From Klebsormidium nitens (Eukaryota > Plantae > Klebsormidiophyceae), in assembly GCA_000708835.1 (NCBI GenBank), contig DF237343.1, positions 1 through 64,000 of the forward strand: a stretch of DNA of 64,000 bases, in the 5' to 3' direction. This document shows positions 23,734-36,416 of the stretch, piece after piece; positions within the stretch are counted from its first letter, which is position 1, and the number at the start of each line of letters is the position of its first letter. Position numbers and translations under genes: made by a program. The notes under the pieces were generated by a model that saw nothing but the letters and a program-made list of their open reading frames with translations, made no database searches and had not been told where the DNA came from.

Positions 23734-26574
23734 ATGGCAGAGAGTAGTGCAAACACCACCATGATGGGCGTCGCAGCTGCCGTAGTAGATGCGTGCGCTG
23801 TCGCTGAAGAAGAGGAAGGCACCTGCTATGACCCCTACCAAGCAAAAGTCCTCAGCATTGTATCAATCTTTGTCATTTTGGTAGCGAGCGCTATTGGCGT
23901 GTTCTTGCCGCTCTTTGGGAAGAAGTGCCTCAAGAGCTGCCAACCTGGGAGCTTCGTGTTCATTGTTGGTGAGCGACGTAGAGCAATTGCTGTGTTTCCT
24001 TCTCGGAAGTCATGAGTATTGAATGTCATGCAACTCTCTTAGATAGCGCCCTAGATAGAAAACATTCAAATGATGACTGGGGGGAGAAATTCGGGCGTGG
24101 ATCAGATCTGAGGGTATGCGTATTCCACCACTAAGTTTTGATCAAGATACAAGAGTCGCCTCCACACTGCCTAGTTGCTGCACGGAGTATAGCACCTCTG
24201 TAATGGTGACCGCTTCTGGGGTTTATGTCCATGACCCTTGTAAAGGTTATCGGACCCATGTACCCAGCATTCCTAAAGGCTTGATGACAAAATCAAATAG
24301 TCCAAAGTAGACGCAATCGGTTCTACTGTCCCAGCTTCGAATTAAATTGACTGGACCTTCTTCTCATACAGGAAAATGCTTCTCCTCCGGGATCGTCCTT
24401 GGGCTCGCCTTCACGCACGTCCTCTTTGACGCCGTTGAGAAGCTCCAAAGCGAGTGCCTAAGTGACACCTGGCACAAATTTCCGTGGGCCTTCTTCATTG
24501 CCGCCCTTGGAGTAGTTGGCAGCCTCGCACTTGAATTGTTAACCGTCAGTTTCCACGAACTGATCACCGGTAACGAGTCCCTAAACATTCTCGCCAAAGC
24601 GCACCACCATGAGGCGGGACAGTCCACGGAGAAGCAAGCAGCGGTGGTTAGCGCTGAGCCAACCGATGGCATCTTCGAACAGGTGGCAGTTGATGAGAGG
24701 GGGTGGACTAAAGAGGAGGCCGCCGCAGCAAAGGCGCTTCGGCGGAAACGAGTAATTGCTGAGGTGAGGTCTATTGTCTGCTTGCTTCATCCCATGACAC
24801 TTCCCTCACGACAGCTTGTTTGTGGGCACTTCACACAAACATCCTTGCTGTTTGCTTGCGGGGTTTGTTATCTGGTCACGTTGCTTCTTCACCCTTTGAT
24901 CTTGGTGGTAATTTTCTTGTATTGAGTCCGAAAGAGTTCTGCACACCAGGCTCTCAAGGCAAACGGAGTCTCTGCTAACGTTAGAGGCCAGGAAACTGCA
25001 TAACGTTGAAAGCCAAACTTTCCCAGGAATGGAACGATTTCCAATGTGAAGTCAAAGTTCCTACCAACGAAGCCCAAGGCTCATTTGTCTGTTTCTAATC
25101 TCCTTCCAACGGCCCACTTTAGAACCAAGGAAAGTCAGAATTAGCAGGTAGCTGCTAGCTTTGACACATTGACCAGAGGGACGGTCCCTTTTTGGGGGAC
25201 CCTGGGCACAAACCCTCGACCATGACCAAAGTCTTCTCAGAGTCTTCTCAATAGCAACCCTTAAGGCCAGTGCCGATCAAGCACCAGACAGCGGGACTTG
25301 TGAAAGGTCGCCCTTCCATTGAAGCTCCACCATGCCACATCCGTCTTGGTTCGACTTCCAAACCTACTAAATCGGCCACCCCTTGCGTTGACCAATCTCC
25401 GAACTTCTTCCTAAGTATCTCTGAAACCTCAAACCGTAGGATCTGCGATCCCCGAAGCTCTTGGAACGCAAGGTCTCCGACGCTCTAAAAACTTATGAAC
25501 CAAAGTCTTATACTGTCGGCACTCGTCTTTGACAGGTCCTCGAGATTGGCATCGTGACGCACTCAGTCCTTGTCGGGCTCGGCCAGGGAACTAGCACCAA
25601 CAAGTGCACCGTCACGACTCTACTGGTCGCCCTCATTTTCCACCAGATCTTCGAAGGGATTGCACTTGGCAGCTGCATCGTAGAGGCAGCGTACAGCCTT
25701 ACGACCACTCTGTTGTTCGGAGGGCTGTTCGCGATCACGACACCCTTTGGGATTGCTCTGGGGCTTGCGATCAGGTAGGCATGGAATCCCTTTTTGCATC
25801 CCTTTTGCGGCTTTCTGTAACCGTCCAACCGTTTGACTGCGAACTTTCTTTGGAAATGTAAAATGGAGTGCGACCAGCTTCCGAAGGTTTTGGTGAAGGC
25901 AGTCAGATTCGATCCAGCGCCCTACGTTGAAGGAAGTCAAGGGACCCTCTCACGTGGGATCTCCTTGCCAATCGTAAGAGAAGCAACTGCACAACTCTCT
26001 ATCTCTTCTTGCCGTACATAGAACAGGATTAGTCTGGCTTATGCAGTTGGTTAAGTTGATGTTCGCTCACCACACTCACCAGTGCTAACAGAACCGTACT
26101 CAGCAGTTGACCGTGGTCCATAAACAAGTTCTCCGAAAAGTCCAAAAAGTCTGCCTTTCATCAAACTGTTGTTAAGCTCTCACATCGAGTAAACTTGGAC
26201 GTACCAGACTTCCAACATTTGCACACGGGATGAGTTTCGTTGCCGTCTCAGTCCAAGGTCAGCAACCCCAACTCCAAGTAACACAACGTTCCATCTGCAT
26301 CTTCGTTCGTGCGCATCAGGGTGATCGGTCTCACCCAATGGCTCGCTTCGACTGCAGGTCCTCTTACAACGACCTGTCCGCTTCGTCCCTCATCACGGAA
26401 GGCATATTCAACTCGGTGACTGCCGGCATTTTGGTATACATGGCGACCGTGGACCTTATCGCCCACGACTTCTTTAGCGAGACCATGCTCAAGAGCCGAA
26501 AGACGCTCTGGTGCAGCTACGGCGCGCTTGTGGCGGGGCTTGGCTGCATGTCGGCAATCGCGTATTGGGCTTGA
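23734..26574 (+). CDS. ZIP-family (ZRT/IRT-like) Zn2+/Fe2+ transporter (~360 aa, 4 exons)
   Basis: Exons 23734-23968, 24372-24763, 25536-25774 and 26358-26574, all phase-consistent. Motifs: KCFSSGIVLGLAFTHVLFDA; TM4 VLEIGIVTHSVLVGLGQG; TM5 ALIFHQIFEGIALG; TTPFGIALG; GILVYMATVDLIAHDF; C-terminal MSAIAYWA*. Confidence 0.95.
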
Positions 26575-27918
26575 TATGGCATGGCGTATGATGTCCATCT
26601 GCACGTACAGAGGGTCCGGCGGCACCTGGGGGAGCCGCTTTCCTCGTACTCAGATCTGGTTGTTTTGAGTCATTTAGAATCAAGGGTCTGTCCGACTCTG
26701 GGTCTGCAAGAACACGTAAATCATTATCCTCTTTTGAAAGTTAAGTATGGTATACATCAATGTCCAATTAACGTTGGCTACTTCAGTTGGTCGGGTCGAT
26801 GCTGGCATGCAAGCATTGTGAATCTTGGGCCTGACTACATACTACATATAGCCAACGAAGGCTTGTCGGAAGGCTCAACAAGAGTATAGTTCATTGTCAT
26901 GGTCCATGCTTTCCGAGCGCACACTATCAATCAAAGAGCTACTACCGTACTGTAAGACTGTGGATTTGAAGAGCGAAGAGTTGTACGTATATCATCAAAA
27001 TAAGACTTGATCGACCATGCAGCCTTACTCAATTAAAGTCACCTGCAGCTCCAAATTTTATTGAGTGAAGCGGGTGAGCGGGACGACGTAAGTATACGTC
27101 CTTGGCACGCACGACGCATGCAGACCAGGGCGGGCCCGTCACTGTGACACATGTGTGATTGAAAGATCCGGGGTCGACGCAACGCGTTGCACCGTTGCGG
27201 TGCACCGCCAGGGCGGCGCGCCTATCTAGCTCACTCGAATTATTGCAGCCGCGCCAGGATATATCGAGATCCGTTTCGTTGAGCTGTTTATAAAACAATC
27301 CGAATGATCGTTGTACATATCATATCAGTCCGCGGGCCGCGCTGCCATTTCCACCGGATGGCGGACGCTGCTATCGCACATGGCGGCTTCCCTATCGAAT
27401 TTCATTGTCAGTATCACATGTCATGATTGTGCAAGCATCTCTTAATGAGGCCAAACCACCCCAATCACCGGATGGTGGCGTCAGCAGATTCATAGTTGCC
27501 GTGAATTTTGATTGGCAGGGAACGCAGTCCCAAGATTGCGAGGCATTAATTCGAAGTAATGAAACCACGTACGTAATTCCTCAGGATCGAGGGGTCATTG
27601 TGCAAATGACCTGTGAAGGTTAACTGACGAACCACTTCCATACTATCTGCTGATCCGAGTCACCAAGTTTTGAGCCGCTTGTAACCGTTCATCTCTGTGT
27701 GCAGTCCACATAAGCAGCTCGCCAATCAAATTCCATCACTTGAGAACCAGGATGTGGCTTTTTCATTGATGCCAGCTAAGACTGGGCCTCTGCAAGCCAC
27801 GAGTCTATCTGCTCACTCAATCAGCGACTCAGTCAAGCGCGTGCAACTTCACAGTCATCAAAAACATCACGGCAGATCATCGCAAAATCAGGCTCTTGCC
27901 AACGGTCCTGACAACAAC

Positions 27919-30900
27919 CTAGCCCCCGAGCCCCTTCTCTTGGTACAATTTCACCAGATCCTTTTTGCTAATGTTCTTGACCGCCAGAATCTCGGTGGCA
28001 TACCCCGCCGCCGTCAGCTCCATCTTCAGTTGGGCGACCGTCTTCTTGATGGGATCGCCCCCGCCCTTCGCGGCGACTGCGGCTGCCGGCGCGGGCCCTC
28101 CGGCTGCAGGTTACAAAAGCGACCGGTATGTCACAGTACAAGCGTATTATACTCCCCAAAAACGGGGAGGCCCGGTAGAAAACCTGGCAACGCTTGCTTA
28201 TTGCGAAACCAAATGCGAAAGGAGTCTCGTTCGCGTCTGGTTTGACTAGCGCACCTAGACCCCGCCCTAGCCGCTCTTAAACCGAGCCTTCCCTTTCCAG
28301 CTTTCGATGACAACCGGTTTCACACACTCTAAGACCGATTACCATTTTCGCTCCCCTCTGACGATACTCTGTAGCCGTGTCATTCAGCAGCGAAGCAGAT
28401 CACCCACCTGCTTCAGTGCGCGCGCGTTTTCGCGGCACTTCGGGGGTCTCCATGTCCACGTCCATTGGCCCCCCTCCTACAGCGGCCCCGTTCGCCTGCG
28501 CCTGCGCCGCCTCTCGCCCGTGACGCGCAATCCGCTCGTCCAAAACCTGCCGTTCAGCCGTCAAGGTCTGCGCGCAAGCGTGACAGGCAAGGATGAGCCT
28601 CGCTACGTCCTCCGCTTTAAAGAAACATTGCCTTGGCGATGTAGCTGCCCGGTATCGGTAACTAACAGAAGCTTCTCCGTCATATATTGCTTGTTCCAAG
28701 CACGGCAAGGGCAACAAACAGCGTCTGCTGATTACGAAATTTTGTCAGCATTGGAGCACATTCTGAAGATGGTCATCTGCTAGACATGAACCAGCTAAAA
28801 CGTCGTCATAAAATCGCGCACACCACGTGCAACAGTGTGGCAACAGAAGACGGCGAAGCAGCCCACCTTCATCCCCTTCCCTTCTTAAACATAATTCTGA
28901 TTAGATTGCTTACTCGTTGGGATGTGTATTTATTAGCAGAAATCTTCGGTCGACGTTGCTTGCGAAGATACTACAAAGCCTTCGGATTTGTCTCAAACGT
29001 ACGGGCTCCAGAATTCTTTCCCCTTCACGTCTTTCAATACCCCCTCGTTCCCCTCACCTGCACCTGCTGTTCGAGCGCGGCCCGCGCCTGCGTGGCGGCA
29101 CCCAGCCGGGCGTTCAGGTCGAGTTGCTCGGCTTCCCGCGCGCGCTGCTCCTCCTGCAGCCGCGCCACGTCCGCGCGCAGCCGCTGCGCTTCGAGTTCGA
29201 GGCGAGTGACACTGGCGCGTGAGTCCTGGATACGAAACGAGCTTGGTTGAGAATAAGGACACCTGTGAAACGAGCTTGGTTGAGAGTTGGGATGCCAGTG
29301 AATCAGGCTTGGTTAGGAGTGAGGATGCCTGCCGAGCAGCCTGCTAGGCAAAAGCACAGGCTAAATCATCTTGCATGAGACTCCAGGAAGTCGATACTGA
29401 TGCGGGCAAGGCCTGAATAGTGACCGAAGGTAGGTAGGAGTGACGAACGCGTCTTTGTCAAATCAGCGCTTGTCTAAAGCAATCATGGGAACACTTCGAC
29501 TTGAGTGAACCGAGCCTGAACCCGGAATCCAAGCACCAATACCTAGTCCTCTGGAACCACGAAACCGGGCACCCAAAACACTTAACCAAACTGCAAAGCT
29601 CTAGGGTTCCGAACAGTTCTTGCTCATTTCCCTTACCTCTGGCGTCGGTGCACTACGGTTCTAATTTTGACTTCGGGAGCAATCCAGAAACAAAATAACC
29701 AGGAGAAACCAGCACCGCAACCCCACTTCTTTTCAATCACAACTCCTGGTAACCAGTATTCCAAGACTCTAGCACCCCTGCGATCCCCACCTGCAGGTGT
29801 TGCTCCCCTTTCGCGACTTTGGCGGCCGTGCAGTTTTAACGATTCAAGATTCCAAAAGCACTACGTCATTACAATAGCAAGACCAGAGCCGGATAATATT
29901 ACAGAAACCCGATTTCAAGACCACGAACCCTGAAAAGCAGATGCCAATATTTTACCCTCCGCGGGCTCCGCACCTGCAGTTGTTGCTCCACTTCCGCGAC
30001 TCTGGCGGCCGTGCGTTGCACCCCCTGCCCCCGCGCCGCTAGCGCCTCCATGTCCTTCTTCATCTCCGACAAGCGCTGCGCGGAGGCCCGCTCGGCCGCC
30101 TCCGAAGCCGCCAACGAGTCCTGCGCAGTCAGCAGCAGAACGTGAGCTCTATGACTGTGACCCTTTCCTGTCGCCGTGCCCAAGGATCGCCGGACGCAGT
30201 CGAAGAGAAAACTGCGTTTCGGAAAAGCGAAGAACGCTAATGACGACGCTCAATCCCACGATCGGCGTTCATATGGACTGTTATAGAGGATTCAAACCTG
30301 GCGAGAAAGAAAAACGCCTAACCACTTACAACTTTTGCGGCGTTTTCAACCACGCGACATGCTGCCGTAGACACAACGCAATGTCGGAAATCGCTTTTCA
30401 GACCAAGACAGGAAGCAAAAGATAAGAAAGGGCCCCCGTTCAGCAGCCGACAGAAAACCAGCTTCTAAGGTCGTCCTTCGCAAAGAAAGAACCATAGGCC
30501 GCTTCCCCGCACCTGTGCGTCCTGCTTCTCCTGCACGAGCCGTGCCTTATCCCCCTCTAGCGCGCGGACCGTCTCCTCGAGCCGCGCAGCGTCGTCGCGC
30601 GCCCGCCGCAAGCCGCTCTCCGCGGCCGCGCGTGCGCCCTCCGCCTCCGCCTTTTCCGCCGCCAGTTGCGCTGCCCGCTGCCGCGCTTCGTCGAGCGCTT
30701 GCCCGCTAGACCGCTCGCGCGAGGCTAAACTGGTCTCCAGCCGCCGGACGTCGCCCTCTAACCCCTGGAGCACAAAGAAAGAACGCCAAGGAGTTCAGAA
30801 CTGATGGCGAGTCGCCCCGTGCTGAAGACAACTAGCGTTTGCACAAGTTGTTGCTACCGGCAGGGTGCGAATCTTGCATCCTTGAGCAACTCATGGAGTA

Positions 30901-33900
30901 GCCAGGTCTGGTTTTAACTCGTAACAGAAACGCCAAAAAGGCGATGGTCGGCAATGTGTGCAAAACTTGCACACGATGTTCATCCAAGATTATTCTGATC
31001 AGGCGTACAACCCGTGCTCGGCGCCGGTAAGGCAACCGTCAGAGTCAACCCCCTTCTCCTTTTCAAATATTTTCCCCTTCGTCAAATTTCTGTGAAAGCA
31101 CTAGGACGCGGGGTGCAGACTGCGGACATCGGAATGCGATTCGGGGAGCGGAGCAAGGAACGCTGACACTGGGAAGATGGATGCAGTGCTGACCTTGAGC
31201 TGCGCTGCCAGGCTGGCAACCTCTCCCTCCTTTTCCCGCAGCCGCGCGTTTGCACTTCGCAGCTCGCTCTCCTGCGTCACAAGCACGCAGAATTCAGGGT
31301 CCGCTTTGCTGGGAAGTCAAGGGCGAGCTTCGCGCCCCAGGCACAAGCATAAGACGTCCTTCTCGTGAGGCCGCGACAACAAGCTCCCCTCATGACAGGG
31401 TGCGATCAAGATAGATCAGGCTTCAGAAAGCGCCGCCTTGAGAGCGCGGGAAACGTACGGACTGGACGATTCCTCGGCAGCTTTTAAAATGGAAAGCCGG
31501 CATTCTCCTTGCGCCACACGCAATGAAAGCTTTTTTATTGTTCAAGCGCAGAAGAACTGAGAATATCTGAAAGTCAGGGCGTGCACTTTTGCATCTGATA
31601 AATGGTGAACCTTTGCTGGCTCGTGGTACGATAAACGGTGCCACAAGCAAACGAAGGGATGCGTGCGGTTCCAGAAGCGATTAACTGTTTATAGCGTCAT
31701 GACTGGGCCTCACGACCGCCGTACCTTCCCGGCCAGTGTCTGGTGGTGACCCGTCGCCTGGCGCTCCTCACGCTCGCGCGCCTCCTTGTGCGCGCGCTCC
31801 AGAGCCGCTGCAGCTCGGGCCTCCGCCTCGCGGCGCGCGCTCGCCTCAGCATCCCTAGACCAATAACTTTCGTTATCAAGCTAGCCAGCCGAGAAGATAA
31901 TTCCACGGCGTTCCGCGAAATTGAGCCGCTTAGAAGACAGGAAGACCCAAAAGCCCCCCGGGAGTGGTCCAGTGATGTCAAAAACCCGGGGAAATGACGA
32001 GGTCGAAATCTTGTAGAGTAGAAGGGCAGGAGCAGGGACCGTCGGCTGAGAACCCTAGCCGGCGATGACAAAGATAGCGGGCGGCACCACACCAAAGTTA
32101 TTTCAGGGTAAGATTGCTTGCTGCTCGTATACACGCGATCATGTGCAGGCCTCCTGTCCGGTAACTCTAGGCTCCCCCTGGAACCGCAGCCTTAGACGGA
32201 AAAGAGAAAGGTACATGAAACTTAGATTTCCCACCACTGCCTCCTCGCGTCTTCCGCCGTCCCGGCGTTCGCCGCCGCCTCCTTCTCCGCCGCGTCACGT
32301 GCTGACGTCACGCTCCGCAGCTGCGCCTCCAGTGCCTTGTATGCATCCGTTGCCGCGGCACGCTCTTGCTCGACCACCCGATGCAGAGGTCCTCGGGCCA
32401 AACTGCAATCGGACGAAACAGATTGGTCGTCGGCTGACGCAAGACGTTCAGACCGTCTCAGCCACGTTTAGACCAGTGGCCCGGCCGATCAACATATCAA
32501 CGTCGTCATCACTCAACGCCTTATGCGAGCTCGAGTGCAACCTACAACAAGCCCTAACAGCAGTTACTTCGTCAATGAACCATCTCACGAACGCATCTTT
32601 CCGAACGACCCGTCACAAATACGTCGACGCATTCCTTCCGCTGAAAGGTGCTTCTAGGGCTTTCCTTGCGACTGTCTGCACATTCATCACGAGAGTCGAC
32701 AGCCGTGAACCGTATGAATGCGCCAGCGTCGTTTTACTTTCCCACCATCGCTCACCTCTCCTGCAAATATGTCACCACCGCTTGCGCCTTCCCCGGCCCC
32801 GCCGCCGCCCGGTCGTACTCCTGCAGCGCTGCCGCCAGCGCTGCTACGACCTGCTCGAGCCGTGCCCCCGGCGCGCCCGCGGCCGCGGCAAGGCGCGCGT
32901 CGAGTGCGCTTATGGCGCGCGTGCACGCCAGCTCCGCTTCCACCAGAACACGCCCCCGGTACTCCTGGACGGAGGATTTGTTGAGAACATTAGAGTCGGA
33001 CGAGAGCAAAGGACTTGATCAAAACCAGGTCAAAGGATTTCGCTTAGATGCTTCTCGTTCGTGTGCAGACCAGCTACGCCTCCACCTGGACGCGCCCGGA
33101 CAAGAGAAAGGGTCCAAAAGATATTAGACTCGGACTTGAAGCAAAGGATTGGCTGTTCACTTGAAGCAAAGAAAGTTTGGCTTCTGGCTGAGGCTTCCAA
33201 CACCCTCTCACTTCGTCGAAGCGTTTGGTCGCGTGAAGCACGGTTCGTCAAAATTTCGATCGGATTTTCGAATGATATTGTCCGAACCTGTCAGAACGTG
33301 TCAACGTTGAATCTTTGCTAATTTTCAACCGGCGATACTGAATCCACCTTGAGGTCTCCTGAATAAAGGTCACCCAGTCTCGTCCAAAAAGTCAGGGTCT
33401 GCTCGATTGGATAGTCAAAACTGGAAACGAAGGCTAAACTCAGGCTTCCAAGGCTCATCTCACCTCAAACTGCTTCCCCAGCTCCGCCCTCAGCCTCGTC
33501 TCGAACGGTTGCCGCACCTCAGCGCTGCCCACGGCCTCCCTGGAGAATGCACCGAGCGCTGCGTCGACTGCGGCGCTGTGAGCGGCCGCCAGGGGTCCCT
33601 CCTCCGGGGGAGTGCTCCGGTCGAAAGAGGTAGAGTATGCGGCGAGCGCGGAGTCGTAGGCGCGCCGGCACTCCCCCTCGGCAACACTCTGCACACGGGG
33701 GGCGTCGACAACTTAGATGAAGCGGGATCAGGCAAACGGTGGGGTGCGTGACGGTCGGTGGTTCGAGGTGGCTCCATCCGTTGGGAGCCTTCAAGCGGAG
33801 GAGCTCCAACTCCTCAACATACTGCCGAGTATTATGTTCGTGGTTGAATGTGATTGATCCAGAGAATGCTCAAGCCAAACGTTTTACACTTGAAACTCAC

Positions 33901-36416
33901 GTACTCACACAAACTCTTGAATAATCCCCCCAAGCCAAGAAACCACAAATCCTAGAGAGTCAGCCAGTGAGAACATATTTGAGATCCAGAGATGCGTTGT
34001 GAACACACCTGCCATGCTGTCGCAATTGTGGGCACAGCCCCCTCGTTAATCGCCCCCACGAACGACTGCGCGAGCGCCGCCAGCATGGGCCCCGTCAGCA
34101 TGGCGCCCTCCATCTGCTTCGGCCGCGTCTTCTCGAAGATGAGTGACGTCAGCGCCTCCAGACCCGCCTGGAACTCGGGTCGAAGGACGCCCGGGGGAAG
34201 GGAGTCGAGGCGCTGCAGCTGCTGCTCGTCGTGCACGGGGCGCACGAGCGTGAAGCAGTCGCGGCGAGGAAAGAGTGCGCGGATGGACTCGCGGATCTGT
34301 GGAGAAGAAGAGTGATGCATCAATGGAAGAAGAAAGGTACCGGAATGAAGGGAGTCTGACAAGTTTAGAGTGAGAACAAACGCGAGCAGGTGCCGTGCGT
34401 GCAAGAAAGCGCGCAATTGCACGGTTGGATGTAGGACGGGGTGCAAGAGATGGAGTGTTTGGACAGAGAGAAAAAATAGCGGCAGGCACGAGCAGGCGAC
34501 AGACTGTGATTACATGTTGGCAAGAATTCGAAAGCACAACCTCGCACGAGCGGCCAACGTTCGTTCCTGTATGGCGGCAACTGTATGACTTCAAAGTTGG
34601 CACGCTACTCTTGATGAATTGTTCAAACATTCGTCGTCCAATTCAGAGCAACCCCGTCGATAAATGTGTTGGCTTTTTGAAACACCCAGTGCAAGATGTT
34701 CTGGGAACATGTTTAGCTTTATTTTGTGCCTTTCAACCTTTCTTTGAGCATCCTGACCAGGAAGCCCTGCACTGATGCTTCACTCTGAGCTGGGCCCATG
34801 ACCCAAACTTAAGCTAGGCTGGCTAAGTTTGCAATCTCCCCACATCGAACGTGAGCCAAATTCAGCCAGAAGATGGCTAGTGGACCCTCAAAGTTTGTTA
34901 AATTTGCCACTCCGAACCCCTGAAAAGGCCCACCTGGTTCTTTGCATGCACAGCCTTGCTGTTCCCTGGCGTCGGCTGCAGCGCACTCTCGAGGTAGTCG
35001 CGCGGCGTGATGGCTCGGCCATCTTCCGACAGGTCCAAGTAGAAGTCCCGCAGCAGCCACAGGAAGGAGGGGGAGAAGGGGCCAAGTTCTGCAGGATCGG
35101 CGTCCCCTCCTGCGGCCTTGACTCGGATGTGGTGCGTCATCTCCGTGACCAGCGAGAGGCGGTCCAGTGCGGCCTCATCGATACCGCCCATCTGGAAAAC
35201 AGTCGGCAAGCTCAGTTTACAAATTACGGGGGACGCACTCAAGTTTGAGAATCACCCTTGTGCATAAGAAGCTGCTCCCCAGCTGATTCCCAGTCGGTGC
35301 AAAGTTGGACGTGCGAAAAGAGTGAAGCGCCTACACATCGACCTGAACCATTCTGTGTTCCTCGTATCACTACTTCTTCCAATGTGCTTTTTGCGCCCCA
35401 ATAGTTCAAAATAAGTTCTCTGCCACCACTTCCAGATCAGATTCACCAGAACTCCGTGGTGAGTTCGAGCGTTTGACAAGTGTTTGACACGGCGTCTTGG
35501 CAACCACAACGACAGCATTTGAAGCGAAGGAACTGGCATCAGAAACCAAGAATGAAGAGCACATAGGGCATCAGGATGGGCTGCTGCCTGACCTGGTTGT
35601 AGACGAACATTGATGAGAGCAGCACCGCCAGGCTGAAGATCTGCACGCTGTATGTCCCCGTCTGGTCATATGCATCAATGCCCTCGCTGTCCAGCAGAAC
35701 AAGGTGGTACGTGCTCCCGTCCGCCGCAGTGCGTGCCACCGGCTGGCTCCACATCCACAGGCCCTTGGTGCATGGCCGGTGCGTAGGAGCAACGGCAAAG
35801 CCCGACGTGCGGCCCAGCAACTGGGGGGAACGGCGAAGAAGGAGGTCTGTTTTACTATACCACTGCAATAGCTCTCCTCAGAGTGGATTATCGATGACAT
35901 CTCAATGGGTGCTGCACCTTGTGCCCCACGATCTGAAGAAACGCCTCCGATCGGAATAATCCTCATCATGACAACCGCCACCATTTGCCAAAGAGTAGGA
36001 AGCTTTGCCAAATCCGTTTCAGCAAGCGGAGAACACAGAACGGTTGCGAGATAAAGCTTGTCACGAGGCAAAGCGTGTCTATTCGCTCAGGTGGGCGCCA
36101 ACTTGGCACCAGCATGATTCCAAGTATCATCTATTCTTCACCTCACCTGATTGAGGATGAATGATTTCCCCTGCCTCGCCCGCCCACAGACCGCCACCAC
36201 TCCCACCGGGCCCTTCACCGCTTGCAGCGCTCTGATGGCAGCAGGCTCCACCACGAACTTCCCGCTGTCGTCACAGTACAGCAGGCGCAGAGGCTGTGCG
36301 ACAGCAGGGGTTTGCGACGCCGGAGGCTGCTTGGCCTGCTTGCCTGGTGGCCGGTTGGGTGTCCCGGGCATCTTGCTAGGGGTGGACTGTTGCCCCCCGC
36401 GCCCCCAGCCAAACAT
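27919..36416 (-). CDS. GBPL3: Guanylate-binding protein-like GTPase, GBPL3-type (~920 aa, 14 exons)
   Basis: Exons 36416-36147, 35820-35593, 35191-34934, 34296-34009, 33688-33464, 32964-32756, 32402-32235, 31854-31725, 31271-31194, 30764-30513, 30120-29974, 29225-29058, 28567-28408 and 28103-27919 (2766 nt). G1 VCGRARQGKSFILNQ, PCTKGLWMWS, G3 LLDSEGID, WLLRDF, an Ala/Glu/Arg coiled coil, NLS-like PRKRAR, and C-terminal KKTVAQLKMELTAAGY...NISKKDLVKLY resembling the plant GBPL3 C-terminus. Orthology was not tested. Confidence 0.9.
29234..29285 (-). repeat. 19-bp direct repeat duplicating the 3' splice-site region of GBP intron 11
   Basis: GAAACGAGCTTGGTTGAGA at 29234-29252 and 29267-29285. Confidence 0.8.
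29788..30014 (-). repeat. 44-bp intronic copy of the 3' end and donor of GBP exon 11
   Basis: 29788-29831 matches 29971-30014 at 40 of 44 positions, including the CTGCAG|GTG donor. Confidence 0.8.

Noticed and set aside
27170-27230. GC-rich hairpins followed by CTAG, resembling a Helitron 3' end
   Set aside because: CTAG is not followed by T, no 5' TC end or Rep/helicase sequence was found, and short hairpins are common at this GC content.
32065-33018. 317-aa plus-strand ORF
   Set aside because: Antisense shadow of GC-rich GBP exons 6-7 with no domain signal.
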